Origin: Candidatus Poribacteria bacterium
GTDB lineage: Bacteria > Poribacteria > WGA-4E > PCPOR2b
Length of the DNA: 64,000 bases
Assembly (NCBI GenBank): GCA_965215015.1
Contig: OZ244042.1
Span: 1,408,001 to 1,472,000 of the forward strand
Reading direction: 5' to 3'
Below are positions 58,901-64,000 of this stretch, one piece after another. The notes below the pieces were generated by a model. The model had not been told where the DNA came from and made no database searches. It was given only the letters and a program-made list of their open reading frames with translations. Position numbers and translations under genes: made by a program. The stretch's first letter is position 1. The number at the start of each line of letters is the position of its first letter.

Positions 58901-61900
58901 CTGTCAATCCATTTGATGGGATAACTGTCGGTGGATTAGTGTCGGCCGTTACGGAAACGACCGTTGGGATAAGTGTGTCGTAGACGAATATGTGTTCAAC
59001 ATCTGCACGGTTCCCCACTTTATCGACAAGGGACAGTTGGATGGTGTATTCGCCATCCAACGAACCGTCCCGTGATAACGGCTGGTTTAGTTCCCAAGTA
59101 ATTAATGATTGCGCTTCCTCTACCGTTTGATGACCGGGAATTGTTGATTGGTCTGGAGCTTTTAAGAAAATTGTCGCACGATCAAAATCAATGCCTTCAC
59201 CGCTGTGGTCTTGCAATGTCGCACTGACTTCGGTGAGTTGGGTAACGGCTGCAAATTCAGCCGGTGTTGTGGAAATAATCTCCGGTTTACGCGTACCGTA
59301 GAAAAATTGAAATTCAGCTGGACTTGTAAGCGTGTTATCCGCTAAATCTGTGGGAGTCACTTGAACCCGATAGACCCCATCGTCGGAACCATCGGCACGG
59401 AACGGATTGAATGAAAGAAAAATTGTATCTGTCCCATTATCAGTTTGGTTTGAGCCAACCGGCGTTCCTTCAGGGCCGATGAGGCTTAGGGTCGTTCGCA
59501 AAACATCCATACCGCTGCCCGCTCCATCAGAGAATCCTACCGTAATCCGATTAATTGGGGACGTAATCAATTGAGTTTCCACTCCGGACAGTTCTATGAG
59601 CGTCCCATCGCTCTGTGTGACGAGGGGGGGATGGATAGTAGGTGCTTGTGTGTCGTAGCGTAGCACAAAGGTATCTTCTTCCACGTACCCAGCTTTGTCG
59701 ACAGCACTGACACGGAGCGAATACAGACCATCAAAGTTGCCCTCGCGAGTAAGTGGGGTTGCCAATTCCCAACCAATTATTGCTTCTTCGTCGTGATATG
59801 GTGTGCCGGGGACTACCTCACCTGCGGCATTCAGCAACTGAATTAACGACCGATCAAAATCAATGCCGGTGCCAACATCACTGACAGTCGCTTCCACCCG
59901 CGTCAGAAATTCACTCACATTGGAGACGGTCGCGGTCAATTCAATGTGACTCACGGCTTGGATGGTCGGTTCTTCGGCATCGTAAATAAATCGTTGTGGG
60001 ATACTGTGGTTGCCTGCTCGGTCCACCAGCGTAACGACAAGGGCATACATACCCCCCTCTGGAAGTATCTCAGAGCGGAACGTGAACCTACTGATACCAT
60101 CGTCCGTTTGTGCACCGTCAATCCTAGCGTTGTTAGCATCAAACAGTTCAAAGGTCGATGCGGCAGCGTCAAATCCACTTCCCTGTACACCTTCAAAATG
60201 GTCAGTCACTTCAAGGTCAACTTCAATTCGCTCTGTGGTAAGTGGGTTCGCAATCCGCGGACGGGAAGCCGCGGTAATCGCTGGGGGCTGGCTGTCGAAA
60301 GTCAGAATAAAATCTTCCGTGAACGCTTCACCGATGAGATCTGTATATTGAACGGTGACAGTGTATTGGCCATCTGTTGAACCGTCTCGGGAAAGGGGCC
60401 TGTCAACTGACCAGATGAGACGGGCATTCTGCTCATCTACTGTCACGGGTTTCGCTTCCACAACTGCCCCATTTCTGCTGACCGTTACCGTTGATTTTGA
60501 TTCGGAAAAATCAAGCCCAGGGCCGATGTAGTTGAACAGTTGTGCATCAATTGTAGTTAGGACATTGATTCGGGTTTCGGTGGGCGTATTCAAACGGATT
60601 TCCGGCATCCTCGATGCGACGAAAAATTGACGGCGAGCGATCGCCCTGGCATTGTTGGCACCGTCTACGGGAGTGATTTCAATGGTGTATTCACCGTCCT
60701 CCGAACCGTCGATTGCTAGTGCCTCTGTCAATGTTACAAAAACTGTGTCTCTACCGTTATTGCGTGCCTCCGCATTCACTTCACTTCCATCAGCACGGAG
60801 CACCCTCACACCGGTCGCAGAAAAATTAATCCCACTGACGGCATTCAGGACAACCGACACTTGTGAGAGGGCGGAAACGGTTTCGTTTTGAGCAGGATTT
60901 GTCGAAACGATGGCAGGAACTTGCGTATCGTACGCAAACTCAAAGTTCTCCGTTTGAGAATTGCTCGCCTTATCCGTCAATCTAACTCGAATGCGATAAA
61001 TGCCGTCCTGGCTCCCATTGTGGTGCTCCAGCGGTTGGGTCAGTCGAAATTGTAGTGTGTCATTATCCTCATCAGGCGTTAGAGTCCCCTGAACTGGAAT
61101 TGGCGTAACGCTAAGGTTACTCTCGAAACGAACCATTCCAATCGTTGTTGCACTAAAATCAATGCCACTGCCACTTTCATCGTTGAAAGTAGCTGTCACC
61201 ACGGATAGAGAACTATTTAGGAAGGTTTTTGCCCCCACCGAAGGGTTTAGTTGAACTCCCGTCTCTGAGGTCAGTGAAACTAACTCAGGGGCTTGGGTAT
61301 CGTAGGTGAAAGGAATCTGAATCTCAACCACATTCCCCGCACGATCTCGAGACTGCACTGCGATAGTGTAATCCCCATCGTCAGAACCATCCGTCGCAAG
61401 CGGTGCCCCCAGTGTCCAGCGAATCCTGTTTGCGCCGAATTGACGTTGGCTCCCAGCTACTACGGCTCCTCCCAGACCATTCAAGCGAATCGTCGAAGCA
61501 CTAAAGTTCACTCTAGAGTCTATGTTATCCGCCAAGGTCGCCTCAACAAAAGTGAATTTTGTGTTGGTACTTGCATCGGAGATCAACTCACCGTCATCGG
61601 TTGCAATGCTTGTTATCGTCGGTGCAATGTTATCAAAGGTGAAACTGACTTTATCTCGGACGATATTACCGGCTTTGTCTGCGCCAGAAACACTAATCGT
61701 GTAAACGCCGTTCTCGTCGCTGGAATCAAGCCCTCGATCGAGCGTCAGCACTATGCGACTTGCATCTTCATCATGAATGAGAATGCCATTAATCTGTGCA
61801 CCGCGCGTATTTTCTAAGATAATCTTGGTGAAGATTGAACGAAAATCAATAGGACTGCCATTCCCCGCGTCGAATATCGCCTCAACCTGCTCAACGGGTG

Positions 61901-62864
61901 TGTTCTGAAACGAATTCCGATTCGGCGTTATCTCGGAAATGGTTGGAGACTCTGTGTCAATTTGGAAAGTACCAATTCCAAAAGTCCCCACGTTGCCCCC
62001 CTTGTCGCTGCCATGCAGTTGGACGATGTAGGGACCGTCCCTTAGCAGCGTACCCAAACCATCACTTCCTATCCAAGTAAATGAGTGGGTACCTTCCGTA
62101 AGTCCGATCAGAGGAACTGCCGGCTGATCGGACGGATCGATAAATTTCAATTCAAGCTCCGCTAAATCCTCGGAAAGCCCGTAGCGGACCTGTGTTGCAT
62201 CCCTGATGGAGTCTCCATTCGGCGATAAATCATGTTGGGACACAGTAGCTGATAGCTGCGGGAGCGTATTGTCAATTACCGCTAAAAACTCACGTGCAGC
62301 GTACCCCGTCTCCGCACTACTCACGCTGTCATTGGGAATACCGTCAATTTCGATTTTAATCCGATACCTTCCATCATTAAGCAGGCGTGGACTTTTCTCT
62401 TCCTGATCGCTTGAAAAATCATTTCCGTCCCACGCCTTGCGGACGGCTCTTGGATCGTCCTCCGCATCAATACCCGCACCGAGTTCACCCATTATGACCC
62501 AATCTTCTTCAGGATTAAATCGGCCATCAGGTGTACCAATCCCACTTGGGCCGTGTGTATCAATGATAATACGGTAATCACCGAGCCCACCATCGCTAAC
62601 AAAGCTGATAAGGAGCGTATCTTGTACACCATCCCCATTTGGGCTAAAAACAGTATCTTCATTGATGTCATCAATCACCTGCGGCGGGGTTTGAAAGCGT
62701 AGTGCCCAAACGAGCGATTCGCCTTGCATAAAGAAGAAGGATGGGAAAAATTGGAACAAAAGAATAAGGATGAATAAACAGCACCCGTTTTTAGAAAATA
62801 GTGTAGAAAGAGCTTGTTTTTTCGGATATAGATGGTGTTGTTTTGCAGTTTTGATAATTCGCAC
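55929..62864 (-). CDS. Giant (2311 aa) secreted Ig-like repeat protein with FlgD-type domains and a T9SS-CTD-like C-terminus
   Basis: Hydrophobic signal region; FSPNGDG and LSPNGDS domains; about 17 repeats of roughly 110 aa with SGIDF..DGSxDGxYTI..D.AGN..F.YDT..P; terminal YVWPNP..IYDFAGDLV..WDLTNQSG..VARGIYIFRL..GKLVVVE. Confidence 0.85.
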   Translation of the reverse strand: MRIIKTAKQHHLYPKKQALSTLFSKNGCCLFILILLFQFFPSFFFMQGESLVWALRFQTPPQVIDDINEDTVFSPNGDGVQDTLLISFVSDGGLGDYRIIIDTHGPSGIGTPDGRFNPEEDWVIMGELGAGIDAEDDPRAVRKAWDGNDFSSDQEEKSPRLLNDGRYRIKIEIDGIPNDSVSSAETGYAAREFLAVIDNTLPQLSATVSQHDLSPNGDSIRDATQVRYGLSEDLAELELKFIDPSDQPAVPLIGLTEGTHSFTWIGSDGLGTLLRDGPYIVQLHGSDKGGNVGTFGIGTFQIDTESPTISEITPNRNSFQNTPVEQVEAIFDAGNGSPIDFRSIFTKIILENTRGAQINGILIHDEDASRIVLTLDRGLDSSDENGVYTISVSGADKAGNIVRDKVSFTFDNIAPTITSIATDDGELISDASTNTKFTFVEATLADNIDSRVNFSASTIRLNGLGGAVVAGSQRQFGANRIRWTLGAPLATDGSDDGDYTIAVQSRDRAGNVVEIQIPFTYDTQAPELVSLTSETGVQLNPSVGAKTFLNSSLSVVTATFNDESGSGIDFSATTIGMVRFESNLSVTPIPVQGTLTPDEDNDTLQFRLTQPLEHHNGSQDGIYRIRVRLTDKASNSQTENFEFAYDTQVPAIVSTNPAQNETVSALSQVSVVLNAVSGINFSATGVRVLRADGSEVNAEARNNGRDTVFVTLTEALAIDGSEDGEYTIEITPVDGANNARAIARRQFFVASRMPEIRLNTPTETRINVLTTIDAQLFNYIGPGLDFSESKSTVTVSRNGAVVEAKPVTVDEQNARLIWSVDRPLSRDGSTDGQYTVTVQYTDLIGEAFTEDFILTFDSQPPAITAASRPRIANPLTTERIEVDLEVTDHFEGVQGSGFDAAASTFELFDANNARIDGAQTDDGISRFTFRSEILPEGGMYALVVTLVDRAGNHSIPQRFIYDAEEPTIQAVSHIELTATVSNVSEFLTRVEATVSDVGTGIDFDRSLIQLLNAAGEVVPGTPYHDEEAIIGWELATPLTREGNFDGLYSLRVSAVDKAGYVEEDTFVLRYDTQAPTIHPPLVTQSDGTLIELSGVETQLITSPINRITVGFSDGAGSGMDVLRTTLSLIGPEGTPVGSNQTDNGTDTIFLSFNPFRADGSDDGVYRVQVTPTDLADNTLTSPAEFQFFYGTRKPEIISTTPAEFAAVTQLTEVSATLQDHSGEGIDFDRATIFLKAPDQSTIPGHQTVEEAQSLITWELNQPLSRDGSLDGEYTIQLSLVDKVGNRADVEHIFVYDTLIPTVVSVTADTNPPTVIPSNGLTVIESSFNGLTIKLSDANGETTPVSGIDLVGTGAQLLGPGQTPLSINTRDDGVDTIIVSFASLYQPGTYTLEITPRDMAGNVSSHAIEYEFGLELGYSTVSAVTIGGRMVPAEFVNRLDEIIATLEDVSAPGLNLTSDGSTIAVTGPFGEVEGVQTSRGKNQIVWRPLQLATDGSADGIYTVTVTPVNSGGRLGIPARYQFTLDTQEPEVASVTPIDLTQPLSYIGQQIIQIAAQVEDLGPAGLEVEDQRLQLRDAGGNVVPAIQSDDGEAQIFLTLSQPLTADGSDDGVYTISLDLTDKAGNLNLLSHQLVYDTQAPILISTDPTDGDLRSDDITLITARLNDSGDSGIDFAASALTVLDPTGAPINGVQSNDGNQRLTLQINGLVADGNYTIRVEAIDRAGNGSNAPFETQFTFSSGMPVVLSTVPKTTPAEEAFTNEPLRQVTVELQSDDGAANRSTIALLAPDGTTVPGQQVRQGRMLIYRLLRQLATDGSDDGTYTIVVVPVNSAGRQGVPEQFTFVYDTVAPEVEPTSIQLIVAEPGVNNSLISVGALITDDEPSSGVDWDNLDGAWITLDDVRRKRKLDGTLSTDEEQVLLLSLIMPLASDGSQDGIYLLTITPKDRAGNATEAVEYLFFYDTRPPAIDTGSLFIDGQPLLTDLNDPYYPSATNKSGSITIDAKFSDVNPDGSSGLGADLVNSSIVVRSPSGEVIPGTTTQNGTDSIRFKSGPLNEQGLYQVTITSVGLDVANLGFQPTDSVTTQFLFETTKPVVELTDLVGETTFEDEPLPLQGTARDPSENDIPASEVALVEIVGTGPDGLLIDPVAAKDDSEEEEDPWSRWSIDFLPSQSGEYNLDVRVTDRAGNTGIYDAVTVNFSVSLIFKGPTYVWPNPLSLSRRSNGETAHFSFEVNVPGGEGARIVLSIYDFAGDLVYEKEYRDLSPGRIDSEVMWDLTNQSGTDVARGIYIFRLEAEDVVTSNRTNAVGKLVVVE

Positions 62865-63088
62865 GCATTTCCCCCTACGATTGCTTGAATATTATTTTTA
62901 GAAATCTTTTTGACATTTCAGACAGAGGACGATTAACCGGTCAACTCACCAACAACGGAACACAAATTGATTCATTAGACTCGATCTGTGTTAGACGCAA
63001 AAATATCAGTTTGGTTGAGAGATTGGCTAGACCATGGAAAGGCGATTGTTTTAGGGTGGGTAAGTTTAGATTTGACACCCTTGGAACG

Positions 63089-63340
63089 TCAATTTTCCTC
63101 TCGTGCTGTTTGGTATTGTTTTTGAGTGAGCGATTTGAGACGCAGATTTCGCGTTTCCAGACACTGCGGACACCTCAATGCGATGTAATACTCCTCACTG
63201 AACATCTCATCGAGCCAATCATTTCCAATTGATGGTTCAGCCTTTTTTGCTAGAAACTCATCCATCACCTCATATTCCCGGTTGCAGTCGGGACAAACCT
63301 TCAAATCGTCTCCAATTTGGATAACATCTAGCCAACTCAT
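63089..63340 (-). CDS. Small putative zinc-ribbon protein
   Basis: CPDC..CPQC pairs in 83 aa; RBS AAGGG. Confidence 0.55.
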   Translation of the reverse strand: MSWLDVIQIGDDLKVCPDCNREYEVMDEFLAKKAEPSIGNDWLDEMFSEEYYIALRCPQCLETRNLRLKSLTQKQYQTAREEN

Positions 63341-63469
63341 GTCTACCCTTTCAAAGCTTACCGCAGATTCCAGATGTCAGCGGTAGAGTGTTACTTGGCA
63401 TAATTGAATTCTATCATTTTTTTTGACTAAAGTACGCTCTTCTTATAACATTTTGACGGGAAGCACTTT

Positions 63470-64000
63470 CTATTGAAGTTGATTCATAACGAGACTTATC
63501 CTTCGGATAGTATCAAAGATGTTGATAAATTGGTCTCCACAAAAGTCCGCAAGTGGGTGATGCAAAATGAAGGTTTTCCCCTGTGCTTGAAACTCAAAAG
63601 TAGGAACGCCATCACGATCGTTACGTTCAAGACCGGACCGAAGTTGCACGAGATTTTTACCCACTCGATCAACGAGAGAAATCCAGTAGTCTTTTTGGAG
63701 ATCCACCTGATAGTCTTTTTCAAGGCAGAGACGTGCGACATCTAGCCCTAACCGCCAATCCAAGAAGGGATGATAGGGCATGTTGGAGTAGTCACGCATG
63801 CAACCTTTGCTGTAACAGGACGAATCGCAATCTTTTCCATGTGCAATCAACTCCTTTGCAAAATCTTTTCCCGGATCAATCATATCACGTAAGAGTTTAA
63901 GCAGTCGGAATGGCTCCCCTTTATCATTATGTTCACCCAGATAGCGACAATAGCCCGCACCATTTGCTAAATTATCAGCAAGAAAAACTTGCTGTTTTTG
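63470..64000 (-). CDS. C-terminus of a DUF1998 (MrfA Zn-binding) domain protein, probably a DEAD/DEAH helicase (5'-truncated by window edge)
   Basis: The frame is open to the window end: VFLADNLANGAGY..CDSSCYSKGCMRDYSNMPYH..LDWRLGLD. Confidence 0.78.
   Translation of the reverse strand, partial: QKQQVFLADNLANGAGYCRYLGEHNDKGEPFRLLKLLRDMIDPGKDFAKELIAHGKDCDSSCYSKGCMRDYSNMPYHPFLDWRLGLDVARLCLEKDYQVDLQKDYWISLVDRVGKNLVQLRSGLERNDRDGVPTFEFQAQGKTFILHHPLADFCGDQFINIFDTIRRISLVMNQLQ

Overview
Bacterial chromosomal window, mostly mid-GC and densely coding. The gene repertoire (five PhyH-type dioxygenases, four Gfo/Idh/MocA oxidoreductases, a sulfatase, a DUF6785-like membrane protein, TonB receptor/PorV-like loci, many palindromic intergenic repeats) suggests Candidatus Poribacteria or a similar lineage; this is inference only. 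From left to right: a partial N4/N6 DNA methyltransferase; a TonB-dependent receptor, a T9SS-CTD-like protein, a PorV-like barrel and an M24 peptidase; rpoZ; four tandem MacB/FtsX permeases (one fused to RDD) plus a long adaptor but no ATPase; a hxlAB/sarcosine-oxidase-like catabolic operon; a decayed IS4-family element with intact TIRs and 9-bp TSD, apparently nested in an IS630 relic; a single-chain R-M-S fusion; housekeeping genes (argJ, tsaB, maf, udk, rimK); a P-loop kinase fused to a DNPH1/Rcl-like N-glycosidase; a 2311-aa Ig-repeat protein followed by its own PorV-like gene; and the 3' end of a DUF1998 helicase-like gene. The strongest candidates for undescribed systems are (i) the twice-repeated 'CTD cargo + dedicated PorV paralogue' module, (ii) the kinase-N-glycosidase fusion, (iii) the ATPase-less four-permease array, (iv) two MITE families that shuffle REP-like hairpin modules, and (v) two PhyH enzymes lacking the Fe-binding Asp. 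No rRNA, tRNA or CRISPR array was recognised. All family assignments come from motif recognition by eye, not from database searches.
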